Positions 17,130 through 26,769 of a stretch of DNA of 28,626 bases are shown piece after piece. The translations under genes and the position numbers were made by a program. The notes beneath the pieces were generated by a model. The model was not told the DNA's origin and did not search any database. It saw only the letters and a list, made by a program, of their open reading frames with translations. Source of the stretch: a virus. Taxonomy: Duplodnaviria > Caudoviricetes. The stretch lies in IMG/VR virus record IMGVR_UViG_3300027782_000285, positions 1 to 28,626 of that record; one strand, written 5' to 3'. Numbering within the stretch: position 1 is the stretch's first letter; each line of letters begins with the position of its first letter.

Positions 17130-20100
17130 ATGGCAACATTGACGATTACAGCTGAAGGAGAGGGAACCGTAACGGGCGCAGGCGCATCAGTTAATAGAAA
17201 TACTACATATAATGGTCCGTTTGGGTTAACAGCAGGCCGTCAACTGACGGTTGACCCCAACCAAACATTTACGTTTAGTGCGCAACCAGTTGCAGGAAAC
17301 GAATTTGTTGGTTGGAGTACTAATATGAATATTGTCGGTGGAAATTTATCTACTGATAATATAACAGTAAGTACCGGGGGACCAGAAAATACTGGTTGGT
17401 CAATTAGTGGACTCTTTAGAACAATATTACTCCCCACACTGGAGGAGTCCATAACGCCACGATCTACAGTTAATATCCCACCAGTTGCTAATCGGAGTAC
17501 ACCTAATAAATTTAGTACCACGATACCGGCAATTGTACGTGTAATTATATCACCCGCCGCAACGCCATCTCAACCGTTTACAAGAAATAACTCTATAGTA
17601 ATTAATCCTTCACGAATTGATGTAAATCTTTCAGAACCATTAATTACATCGGCGTTAGAATTTTTACAAACTGCAATAGATACGTATGTAGACGAAGATC
17701 GTACCTTAAAAACATTATTAAATTACGGTGAAGATAGGCAATCGGTAGCGTTAGCATATCGGTATGGTACGACAGATGAAAATAATATATCACGGATACA
17801 GTTAAAATTATTACAACCAGTCCCCGATAACATTATCGTCAGTTCTTCTGTATTTTTAAGCCGTGAAGTTACTAAAACATTAATTGATAAAATTCGCGTT
17901 CGATTTGCACCGGAATTAGATGCAACTCCATACTTGCGTCCAAAAAATTTAGCAGTGCAAGCAGATTTAGATACTGGAAGATCGTTAAATAATATGACCC
18001 TGCAAAAATTGTCATTACAATCGGGGTCGGTGGGACGAACGGACGCATATCAAAATAAAACTTTTGAGGACGAAATTTTTAGACAGTGGTATTCCTATGA
18101 TTTTAATTCATCAGAGTTGAATATAGACTTTACGGATTATAATAATTTTATGTTTTACGGGTCCGCTGCTATGCGACTTGAAACATTTAAAGAAAAAGTT
18201 CGTCAATTAGAAATATTAGAGGGTAGCCGTAAACAATTCTTAGCTACTTACACAGCAAATACTGCATCCGTTGGATTAATTTACGTACAAGATCAATCGG
18301 CAACATTTGCAAAACAACAAGAAGATATTATTCGTGGATTTGATCGGTACGAGCAATATCTATACTTCACTCCATCAGGATCTAATAGTCCATATTCTGC
18401 ATCTGCCTATTATGCAGACACGGGACAAGAATATAATTCAATTGGATACTGGCCAAAATCTGGAAGTGGATTGTGGACTGTTAGTAGTAATACCGTTACG
18501 AATTGGTATGAAACGCAAAGTCTAATTGCACAACGATTTGATGAATTTAACGAAAACAATTTAGTTAATACAATTCCCTCACATCTGCGAGAAGATGATA
18601 GTTCTGGGGCCTATATTACGTTTGTCTCTATGATTGGGCATTTCTTTGATACGATTAAACCGTTCGTTGATCAGTTTCCAAATATCTACAGTAGAAATTT
18701 AAATCCAAACGAGGAACTTTCCAAAGATTTGATCAATGAAATTGCAGAGTCTATTGGATTTAAACTACCCACATTAAATTCAATATATAATTTATCAGAT
18801 AATATTCTCGGAACCGACTCGCAAGTTCCACGTCGCGACATGACGGCTGAAATTTATAAGAGATTGTTACATAACTTGCCGTTCTTTGCAAAGGCAAAGG
18901 GTACAAAAACTGCGCTAGATACGTTACTAAAAACGTTCGGTATCGGTCCCCAACTAATTAGTGTAAAAGAAACGGGAACTCCTGAATCAAGTTCGTATCA
19001 CGTATATGACGAATATACAAATGGGTTACAATTTAATTCAACAAAAATATCATACATAAAAATACCTGTTTCGGAATCATTGAGGTCACCAACTACACTA
19101 CAATTTACGTGTGTGGTTTCGGCAATTACATCAAGTACAACCACGTTGGTTACCGGAGATGCATTGTGGGGATTGCACATTATACCACACCCAACAATTT
19201 CTGGATTGAGCAATTTTGCACTAACTTCCGGTAGTAACAACCTACGAATACTATCAAGTAGCTATCAAGAAATAATTGGACAGCAAATAAATGTAACTTT
19301 ACAAACGTACGCATCAACGGCGTCATTACGAGTTGTTCAGTCCGATGGCGAAGATTTAATATTTAACTCCACGTTAAGTGAATCATCAAAATTTTCAACT
19401 CTATGGAGTAATACAAAATTTTTATATATGGGCGGATCTGGAAGTAGGGTACTTTCAAGATTTGATGGAACAATTGATGAAATAAGATTATGGAATGACA
19501 CGTTATCGGATGAAATAATTCTAAATACTGCATTTGATCCTGGTTCAAACGCAGGTGACACATATTCGTCTGCCGCTGATAATTTGTTAGTACAATTATC
19601 ATTTAATAACATTAATAGTGCATCATTAACAACTTCGTCAATACTAAATGAAAGTCCGTATAAAAATATAGCAGTGTCTCCATCATTACAAAGATTGGTA
19701 ACTTTTAATATTAGTGGATCTGATTTTGTACGATACAATAGAATAGTTCGTCAAGAAATGTCATTGGTGGGATCTAGTGGATATGTATCAAATAAAGTAA
19801 AGGTGGCAGCACCGCCTACATTCATAGACAACAGTAAAGGATCAAGATTATATAGAACACAGAGTATTGTTCAACCACAAGCAAAGCGACTGCGTGCAGG
19901 ACGTAATAAAGTCGTATTGGTTATGTCACCAACTGAAATTATTAACCAAAATATTATACGTAATTTAGGATTGGAAAATATTAACGCGGTATTGGGGTCA
20001 CCAACCACGTTATATACTACATTTGATAAATCGTTAGAAACTTTAAAACGACATTATCAACAATATCATTATGCAACGGTGAATACGAATAAGTTCATAC

Positions 20101-21911
20101 GAATTGCATCGGATGTAGGGTCGGTATTGAATCAAGTACTTGACTATTTTATTCCTTCAAAGGCAGCAGTATTGCAGGGAATACTTATAGAACCCAATAT
20201 TCTAGAACAAGTAAAAATACCGCCCGTAAAAAATATTCGTTTTTATGGAAAAGATACGAAAAAAACCTTATCGGCAGTGGGATCGTTATCAGGTAGTCGC
20301 CCAGATTACGGAGCTACATTTAATGTATCCGATGTAATAGAATCTGCCGTTACAACCGTCGAAGGAAATTATCCAACGTATCGAGTCCAAGAGCAAATAT
20401 CATTACCAAATCCAATCATAGCAAACACTGCTAAGTATAGTGCGTTATTAGATATGCAGCCCGCATTGATGACTGGTAGTTATTCAAACTTACAATCAAA
20501 TGCAATAGAAACGGTATATATTGTAGATGCAGTAAGCAGCACGTATACTAAGAAACATGAAGCATGGAATTACCAAGATGTTAGTTCTTCTAGACCAGAA
20601 AGACCAGCTAATATTAATTTACAACTGTCGAACTTAAATAAAATTCAATACAATGATACTAATTATGGTAGTATAGGAGCAGAACCATACAATAGATTGT
20701 ATAGTAGAAAATTATTTGCGGATGAAATTGAAACGACTAGATTGGGAGGAAATACTAGTACGTACATACCGGCGCTATACGATATACAGCCATCAACCGA
20801 TTTTAGAGATGTTGGAGTATATACATATTTTAATAATGATTATGGAATTTATTATTTCCCCACCAGCGTAAAAACACCGGTATACACGCGGCTATTAAAT
20901 GCGGTATGGAACATGGAAACTCAGTTGTTTGAAGGAAATATCACATGGACACCTGGCGCTAGATATAACATATATGACGTAGTATATCAATCGGTTGACA
21001 ATACTAATACAAGTATTAGTGGATCAATACTTGCAGCACAAGGTGGAAATGGAAAATATTACGTTTTTACAACGAGAGACGCATACAGACCACCAACGGA
21101 TGGCTCTTCATTTTATATCGGTGGCGTTCCTTCAAATACACCACCCTCATTGGATAGAGAAAACTGGGAATTGTTACAATTTTTGCCTACACGAACTTTA
21201 ACCCCACGTAGAATTGTATACGACACATACACTATACCAAACCCAGCATTAAATAATTTTAAAACTACTACTATATCAATAAATAAAATTATAGACACGC
21301 CGGATAGATATGTTGATTTGTTTTCTCTACCGTCAGTGGACGGTAACGCGTATATTACAGGAGACATACGAGTACAAAATATTGCAATGTTATTTGCAAT
21401 ACAAACTGGCGTTACTGGATTGCGGATTCGATTATACAGAACTAAAACTGATCGTGATAATGATATTACTCGATCTGTTGAAACCATGCCACTAAATTCA
21501 CACGGCATGTTATTGGATATAACTATTTCTACAACCAATATACAAAATATAGGACCAATTGTAAATTTAGTGGCAGATAGTATTCCTCCTTCTGGAGAAA
21601 TTTTTTATACTATAAATAACAACGATGTAAATTCTAAGGCAATTGACCTACTATTATATTACTTTGCATTAGAAATTGAACCACGAATTCCATTCGGTTA
21701 TTTGCGAAAACATTATAGATTTTTTAGAGACAACTCTACCGCAACCAAACGAAGAAATTATGTGGGGTGTTTAAATACGATTGATACCACTATTGACGGA
21801 TTACCGCCGGTACAAGTATTCTTGAGTGAAGGCACCAGCTTGATATTGGCACCATCACAAGGTGTGGGAGAAATTATTACGGGTGGCGGCGGCCAATTAA
21901 ATGTAACGTAA
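17130..21911 (+). CDS. Large baseplate/tail protein (gp7/P2 gpI-like core, LamG domain, N-terminal B-repeat-like domain)
   Basis: KAKGTKTALDTLLKTFG (tail-formation-type motif); FDGTIDEIRLWNDTLS (LamG); AQPVAGNEFVGWS (B-repeat-like); 1593 aa. Confidence 0.75.
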   Translation: MATLTITAEGEGTVTGAGASVNRNTTYNGPFGLTAGRQLTVDPNQTFTFSAQPVAGNEFVGWSTNMNIVGGNLSTDNITVSTGGPENTGWSISGLFRTILLPTLEESITPRSTVNIPPVANRSTPNKFSTTIPAIVRVIISPAATPSQPFTRNNSIVINPSRIDVNLSEPLITSALEFLQTAIDTYVDEDRTLKTLLNYGEDRQSVALAYRYGTTDENNISRIQLKLLQPVPDNIIVSSSVFLSREVTKTLIDKIRVRFAPELDATPYLRPKNLAVQADLDTGRSLNNMTLQKLSLQSGSVGRTDAYQNKTFEDEIFRQWYSYDFNSSELNIDFTDYNNFMFYGSAAMRLETFKEKVRQLEILEGSRKQFLATYTANTASVGLIYVQDQSATFAKQQEDIIRGFDRYEQYLYFTPSGSNSPYSASAYYADTGQEYNSIGYWPKSGSGLWTVSSNTVTNWYETQSLIAQRFDEFNENNLVNTIPSHLREDDSSGAYITFVSMIGHFFDTIKPFVDQFPNIYSRNLNPNEELSKDLINEIAESIGFKLPTLNSIYNLSDNILGTDSQVPRRDMTAEIYKRLLHNLPFFAKAKGTKTALDTLLKTFGIGPQLISVKETGTPESSSYHVYDEYTNGLQFNSTKISYIKIPVSESLRSPTTLQFTCVVSAITSSTTTLVTGDALWGLHIIPHPTISGLSNFALTSGSNNLRILSSSYQEIIGQQINVTLQTYASTASLRVVQSDGEDLIFNSTLSESSKFSTLWSNTKFLYMGGSGSRVLSRFDGTIDEIRLWNDTLSDEIILNTAFDPGSNAGDTYSSAADNLLVQLSFNNINSASLTTSSILNESPYKNIAVSPSLQRLVTFNISGSDFVRYNRIVRQEMSLVGSSGYVSNKVKVAAPPTFIDNSKGSRLYRTQSIVQPQAKRLRAGRNKVVLVMSPTEIINQNIIRNLGLENINAVLGSPTTLYTTFDKSLETLKRHYQQYHYATVNTNKFIRIASDVGSVLNQVLDYFIPSKAAVLQGILIEPNILEQVKIPPVKNIRFYGKDTKKTLSAVGSLSGSRPDYGATFNVSDVIESAVTTVEGNYPTYRVQEQISLPNPIIANTAKYSALLDMQPALMTGSYSNLQSNAIETVYIVDAVSSTYTKKHEAWNYQDVSSSRPERPANINLQLSNLNKIQYNDTNYGSIGAEPYNRLYSRKLFADEIETTRLGGNTSTYIPALYDIQPSTDFRDVGVYTYFNNDYGIYYFPTSVKTPVYTRLLNAVWNMETQLFEGNITWTPGARYNIYDVVYQSVDNTNTSISGSILAAQGGNGKYYVFTTRDAYRPPTDGSSFYIGGVPSNTPPSLDRENWELLQFLPTRTLTPRRIVYDTYTIPNPALNNFKTTTISINKIIDTPDRYVDLFSLPSVDGNAYITGDIRVQNIAMLFAIQTGVTGLRIRLYRTKTDRDNDITRSVETMPLNSHGMLLDITISTTNIQNIGPIVNLVADSIPPSGEIFYTINNNDVNSKAIDLLLYYFALEIEPRIPFGYLRKHYRFFRDNSTATKRRNYVGCLNTIDTTIDGLPPVQVFLSEGTSLILAPSQGVGEIITGGGGQLNVT

Positions 21912-21969
21912 TAAAATAAACAATACTATATATGTATATCAGACCTCTTATTATTTGGAGTTATTATTT

Positions 21970-22617
21970 ATGGGATATTTAAATAAAGCAAGTGTCACGG
22001 TTGATGCAATTTTGACAAAAAAAGGACGAGAATTATTGTCAAAAGGTCGTTCGGCATTTAATATTACACAATTTGCGGTAGCAGACGACGAGATTGATTA
22101 TTCATTATTTGATCCAGCACATCCTCTCGGCACAGAATATTACGGATCGGCAATTGAAAATATGCCCATCGTAGAGGCGTCGGTGGACGAGACACAAAAT
22201 TTACGATATAAACTGGTCACGTTTGGGAGAGGACAAAATACAATTCCACTATTACAAGTGGCTCCAATTTCCATAGAACTCCGATATTCCACAAATACGT
22301 TAGGACAACAGGTAACAGTAATCACAACCGGTGGTACAAATTTAGATCAAACACTTGGCTACACCGCAGTTCTTTACGACAGAGAAGCTGCTTTATTGAC
22401 AAGTAATGGTGTGGCTGGAAGTGCAACAGTACCTTTGTTTGTAGGGGAAACTTCATCAGTAAATTCACAAAATGCTATTGTGCTAACAGGAACACAATTT
22501 ACTATTACGCCAAAAAACGTAAATACAAGAACAGAAACTCAATTAGTTATCATTGGTAATGAAACGGGTGCAACAAAAATAATTCCGGTAGTTATACTCC
22601 CGGCTACGATAGTATAA
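21970..22617 (+). CDS. Virion structural protein (tail-collar-like N-terminus)
   Basis: DAILTKKGRELL...ITQFAVADDEIDY; GGAG SD before ATG 21970. Confidence 0.7.
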   Translation: MGYLNKASVTVDAILTKKGRELLSKGRSAFNITQFAVADDEIDYSLFDPAHPLGTEYYGSAIENMPIVEASVDETQNLRYKLVTFGRGQNTIPLLQVAPISIELRYSTNTLGQQVTVITTGGTNLDQTLGYTAVLYDREAALLTSNGVAGSATVPLFVGETSSVNSQNAIVLTGTQFTITPKNVNTRTETQLVIIGNETGATKIIPVVILPATIV

Positions 22618-22636
22618 CCAACACTAGGATACATAT

Positions 22637-23839
22637 ATGACAATTTATACAACTCTTCAGACCGACGACATAGTATCAGCAAATCCCACGACTATAACTA
22701 CGGGATTATTCTCAGGTGATACTGGGTCATTTGAAAGTTTACTTTATATTAATGATGCGGTGGGCCAACAATTTAAAACTAGTGGTGAATATTATTTTGA
22801 CGCATATAATATTGACCCTACAGGCACCGGCGGCGAACTTGCCGAGGTACAATTTGCCATTAGTTATGGTCACATATACGGTGGAGGAGCTCCCACGCTT
22901 GATGTAAATGAACAATCAAAATTACCGACAAAAGCAATATACAGTCAATATAGAAATTTGTTATTAAACCCAGAAGATACGAAATTCTCTTTTCAGGGAG
23001 TGGATTCTGATCACATCTATATTATAAATTTTCAACGGGCCCGTATACGGGAACAACTCGATCCAGGCAATTGGGAACTTCCGCTGTCCGGCGCAAGGGG
23101 AGTTCTTACTTTTATTGATGATAGTGGACAAACACTGGGTGCCTTAACAGCTAATAGTAAAGCTGGTAGAGTATTTAATATAATTTCCGGTGCATTGTCA
23201 ACTACGTCTGGATCAATTTCGTCATCAACCAATGCTACTACATGGGGAACTGGCGGTCCTGGTTATGGATTAGTATATCCCGATCTAGGTATCATCGTAC
23301 TAAATCCTAATGCAATTGGTCCGGCGGTTGGATTTTTTACAACTGGCTCAAAAACGGCAACTGGAAGTGCTATGACCGGGTCGGTTACAGTACCAATATA
23401 TACTTCTGTTCTAGATTATAACGATCCCGCTATAATTGGCCCGTTTGCTCCAATTATACATGCGCTCACCGAAACTAATTGGGGTACTAATGGTTCCGCA
23501 TATAATCATGCTGGATTATTTACGTCGATCAGATCTGCTACACAAGCAACTACTACAAATAAAGGATTTAGAGCACGTTCAGCAGAAACTATTGCATCTA
23601 CACATTACTTCGTGAGATTACGGAATAAAGAATATAATTATTCTAATAACCCGACGTTTTCTAATCCTAACACGGGAGTATTGGTGCAGTCGGATTTTAA
23701 AAATGATCCAAAGGTATATATCACCACCGTAGGATTATATAATTCTAGTAACGAATTATTAGCAGTGGCAAAACTTAGTAAGCCAGTTCGCAAAAGCTTC
23801 GATGAAGAAATTTTGTTAAGAGTTAGACTCGACTTTTAA
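22637..23839 (+). CDS. Virion structural protein (tail-associated)
   Basis: C-terminal YITTVGLYNSSNELLAVAKLSKP; paralogous to the next gene. Confidence 0.7.
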   Translation: MTIYTTLQTDDIVSANPTTITTGLFSGDTGSFESLLYINDAVGQQFKTSGEYYFDAYNIDPTGTGGELAEVQFAISYGHIYGGGAPTLDVNEQSKLPTKAIYSQYRNLLLNPEDTKFSFQGVDSDHIYIINFQRARIREQLDPGNWELPLSGARGVLTFIDDSGQTLGALTANSKAGRVFNIISGALSTTSGSISSSTNATTWGTGGPGYGLVYPDLGIIVLNPNAIGPAVGFFTTGSKTATGSAMTGSVTVPIYTSVLDYNDPAIIGPFAPIIHALTETNWGTNGSAYNHAGLFTSIRSATQATTTNKGFRARSAETIASTHYFVRLRNKEYNYSNNPTFSNPNTGVLVQSDFKNDPKVYITTVGLYNSSNELLAVAKLSKPVRKSFDEEILLRVRLDF

Positions 23840-24768
23840 TGAAAGTATTCAGTACATTAGACGCAAAAGATTATACAGTAGAAGACATATACGCATCCGC
23901 GCCCATGTCCTGGGAATTACTGTCGGGGTCTAGTGGAATAAATATTACTTCTCCGGATGATTTGGATGGCGCGATCACCATTGGTCGCGCCACCAATAAT
24001 CCCGTGGATTTTTATGAAAGTGATTTTCCTAAAAGAAATGAAGATTCAGGTGTATACGAATATATTTTATACTCGTCTATAAAACATTTATTTTACGACA
24101 GAGGAAACTTCTATAGCGGTTCAGTATTAGTTACTTCTAGTTTGTCAGGATTACCAAACGATTCGTATGTACTTAGCATTGGGCAAAATTTCTACGGCGA
24201 ACGTGTAAAACCGGGATCGTTTGAAGTAAGTACGGAAATTGCAAATACAGTAATACGAGATGATTCACGGGGTAATTTATATTATACTAGTGCATCGGTA
24301 AATGTGTACTTGGGCAATATATTTTATAATACAGGTATTGCAGTTATTAAGCATGATACTGGATCGGCGAATACCTCTATATCATCAATCGGATTACAAA
24401 TAGTGAGTGGCACGAATGTATATGTGGATTATAGTAGTGATGTACTACTCAATCGACATCAAGTAAATGTAAAGTTACGTCCTATGGATTTTAATTTTTC
24501 CCCGTTTAATCCGTCAATATTATCTGCATATACTGCGACGACGGGTAGTGTTACACAATCGTTTAATGAAATGAACATCAAACCTGCCAGTGGAAGTTCT
24601 ACATGGAACTTGTATAATTTGATGAGTGCGGGGGTAATCAAACCATATGTTACCACAATTGGGTTATATAACGATAAATATGAATTGTTGGCAGTTGCAA
24701 AAACAAGTGAACCAATTCAGAGAACTTTTGATGTTAACCAGATATTTATAGTTAGGTTTGATACCTAA
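23839..24768 (+). CDS. Virion structural protein, paralogue of the upstream gene
   Basis: GERVKPGSF, IRDDSRGNL and C-terminal YVTTIGLYNDKYELLAVAKTSEP. Confidence 0.7.
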   Translation: MKVFSTLDAKDYTVEDIYASAPMSWELLSGSSGINITSPDDLDGAITIGRATNNPVDFYESDFPKRNEDSGVYEYILYSSIKHLFYDRGNFYSGSVLVTSSLSGLPNDSYVLSIGQNFYGERVKPGSFEVSTEIANTVIRDDSRGNLYYTSASVNVYLGNIFYNTGIAVIKHDTGSANTSISSIGLQIVSGTNVYVDYSSDVLLNRHQVNVKLRPMDFNFSPFNPSILSAYTATTGSVTQSFNEMNIKPASGSSTWNLYNLMSAGVIKPYVTTIGLYNDKYELLAVAKTSEPIQRTFDVNQIFIVRFDT

Positions 24769-24783
24769 TACTTGGAGATTTAT

Positions 24784-25224
24784 ATGGACTTATTAACGCG
24801 ATACGAAGCCGCCACCTCACCGACTATAGTACAGGTCAAAACTATAGGCACAGCAGCTTCACCTGGAGTAAATTTCTTAGACGGCGTTCCAAGAACACGA
24901 ACTCCTTCCGTAGATACTGTACAAACAGAATTTACTCCCAACGAGGCGGGTGCATCAAATACACCTGCGTTGACTAACGATAAGTCATATCCACTGAGCC
25001 GTTGGCTGCCAGTAGGAGTACAAAAGGGTGACGCGTATCTTACAAATGCTCGGTTCACCACAATTGGTGATGTAAGAAACGCACCAGGAACAATACTACA
25101 CAAATTCTCACAATTAGCAGACAAATCATTCTTTGCAGCAGGTGGATTATCAGAATTTGCAAAGGCACGAGCAAATCCCAACAGTAGTGGATACGGTCCT
25201 GGTCCTGCAGGTATAAACGGTTAA
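24784..25224 (+). CDS. Hypothetical protein
   Basis: GGAG SD then ATG 24784; last gene of the structural run. Confidence 0.65.
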   Translation: MDLLTRYEAATSPTIVQVKTIGTAASPGVNFLDGVPRTRTPSVDTVQTEFTPNEAGASNTPALTNDKSYPLSRWLPVGVQKGDAYLTNARFTTIGDVRNAPGTILHKFSQLADKSFFAAGGLSEFAKARANPNSSGYGPGPAGING

Positions 25225-25235
25225 TTTTATTATAA

Positions 25236-25817
25236 ATGGTTATGAAAAAACGCATTAACAAATTGAGCCACTCAACAGATGTCCATGCTATATTTAATGG
25301 AACAACTGATGATGTGGCTCAATTGCGTTTACCTAAACCACGAACGCCATCTGCGCAAGCCGTACAAAAAACCGCTATCCGAACGGAGTGGCAGGAAAAA
25401 TTTCTGGAAAAAATAAAATCGTGTCATAAACGCAATTTAAACAAAGTAGTGAATAAGATTTTAAAACGAATAGATTCTACTAAAGTTGCAATGGTAGCGC
25501 GATCAAAAAAACACAATGTTGAATGTAATATCACCGTCGAAGAACTCAGAGAATTAGTATATAATTTTTATGGGCAACAATGTAAATACTGTGATAAGAT
25601 ATTAAATATTAACACCTTTGTATTCGATCATATTATTCCCATATCAAAGGGTGGGTCGAGTAATATAGATAATATTCAGTTAATATGCAAAACCAGCAAT
25701 GGGATGAAAGGATCATTGCACGAAAATAACTTTCAATTATTGCTGGATTGGCTAGAGACGATTCCAGAGGAACTGAAAAAAGATATCAGTATTAGATTAG
25801 CCCGAGGTGTGGTATAA
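25236..25817 (+). CDS. HNH endonuclease
   Basis: CKYC...FDHIIPISKGGSSNIDNIQLICKTSNGMKG; the second CxxC is degenerate (CKTS). Confidence 0.85.
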   Translation: MVMKKRINKLSHSTDVHAIFNGTTDDVAQLRLPKPRTPSAQAVQKTAIRTEWQEKFLEKIKSCHKRNLNKVVNKILKRIDSTKVAMVARSKKHNVECNITVEELRELVYNFYGQQCKYCDKILNINTFVFDHIIPISKGGSSNIDNIQLICKTSNGMKGSLHENNFQLLLDWLETIPEELKKDISIRLARGVV

Positions 25818-25820
25818 CCC

Positions 25821-25849
25821 TTGACAACTGGTGGGTATCTACATAACTT
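25821..25849 (+). promoter_or_regulatory. Sigma70-type promoter, predicted to give a leaderless transcript at about 25856
   Basis: TTGACA (25821-25826), 17-nt spacer, TAACTT (25844-25849); ATG at 25856 with no SD. Confidence 0.65.
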
Positions 25850-25855
25850 ACAAGT

Positions 25856-25957
25856 ATGACTATACTCACACTACTCCAACAAATTATAGGGAATTATACC
25901 CAGCAGACAGATGAATATCTATTTCACTGTCCTTTTTGGTTAATAGTACGTTTTTGA
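25856..25957 (+). pseudogene. Orphaned primase 5' fragment MTILTLLQQIIGNYTQQTDEYLFHCPFWLIVRF (not in ORF track)
   Basis: Ungapped 14/27 identity to the downstream primase N-terminus [27 protein letters not shown]; similarity stops inside the first CxxC. Confidence 0.85.
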
Positions 25958-25995
25958 ATGCCCTTTCCTATATTTATAGACATAGGAGATATAAT

Positions 25996-26769
25996 ATGCA
26001 TACACGAAACTGTCCAAATTGTCATAAATTAATTGAGTATAAATACCGAACTGGTTGGTACAAAGCTAAAAAATCAAATTCTCTGTGCAAAAGTTGTTCT
26101 GCAAAGACATATAGAAAATCAAAATATAATATAAAAACCAAATCAATAGACGGTAAACTTTTATATGTGCGAGAATGTCCCGGTTGTAAGAAAGAACTGG
26201 TCAATATAAATTATAGAAAGTACTGGGATGCAGTAAAATATAATAAAATGTGTAAATCCTGTGCCTCGACCAACCGGCACAACCTCAGTGAATTAAGTAA
26301 CTGTGAAATTATTGACGGAATTCGAAAATTTTATAGAAGTTGTCCAAACTGTAAAAATAAAATATATTATAAAGTACCAGAACATGCACGTAGGTTTATG
26401 AACAGCTTATGTAAAAATTGTGCTCCTCTTTCACAAAAATACGTATATCCAAATTTTAATGAAACTGCTTGTAAAATAATTGATGATTACGGTGATTTGA
26501 ATGGATATAAGTTTCAACACGCACTAAATGGTGGAGAATTTTTAGTACCAAATACACGTTATTATGTTGATGGATACGATATAGTACAAAACGTAGTTAT
26601 AGAAGTTGACGAATCACATCATAAGTATCAAATAGAACATGATGCTTTAAGACAACAAGAAATTATAAAGCAATTGAAATGCAAATTCATAAGGTTGGTA
26701 TTTGATGAACATAAAAATAATTACATTATTACAAGAAGTACTAGGTCCATACGTACAACAGAACAATGA
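25996..26769 (+). CDS. Putative homing endonuclease: three Zn-ribbon repeats plus a Vsr/DUF559-like PD-(D/E)xK domain
   Basis: RNCPNC..CKSC, RECPGC..CKSC, RSCPNC..CKNC; C-terminal YYVDGYD...VIEVDESHH...HD..RQ; AGGAG SD before ATG 25996. Confidence 0.8.
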   Translation: MHTRNCPNCHKLIEYKYRTGWYKAKKSNSLCKSCSAKTYRKSKYNIKTKSIDGKLLYVRECPGCKKELVNINYRKYWDAVKYNKMCKSCASTNRHNLSELSNCEIIDGIRKFYRSCPNCKNKIYYKVPEHARRFMNSLCKNCAPLSQKYVYPNFNETACKIIDDYGDLNGYKFQHALNGGEFLVPNTRYYVDGYDIVQNVVIEVDESHHKYQIEHDALRQQEIIKQLKCKFIRLVFDEHKNNYIITRSTRSIRTTEQ

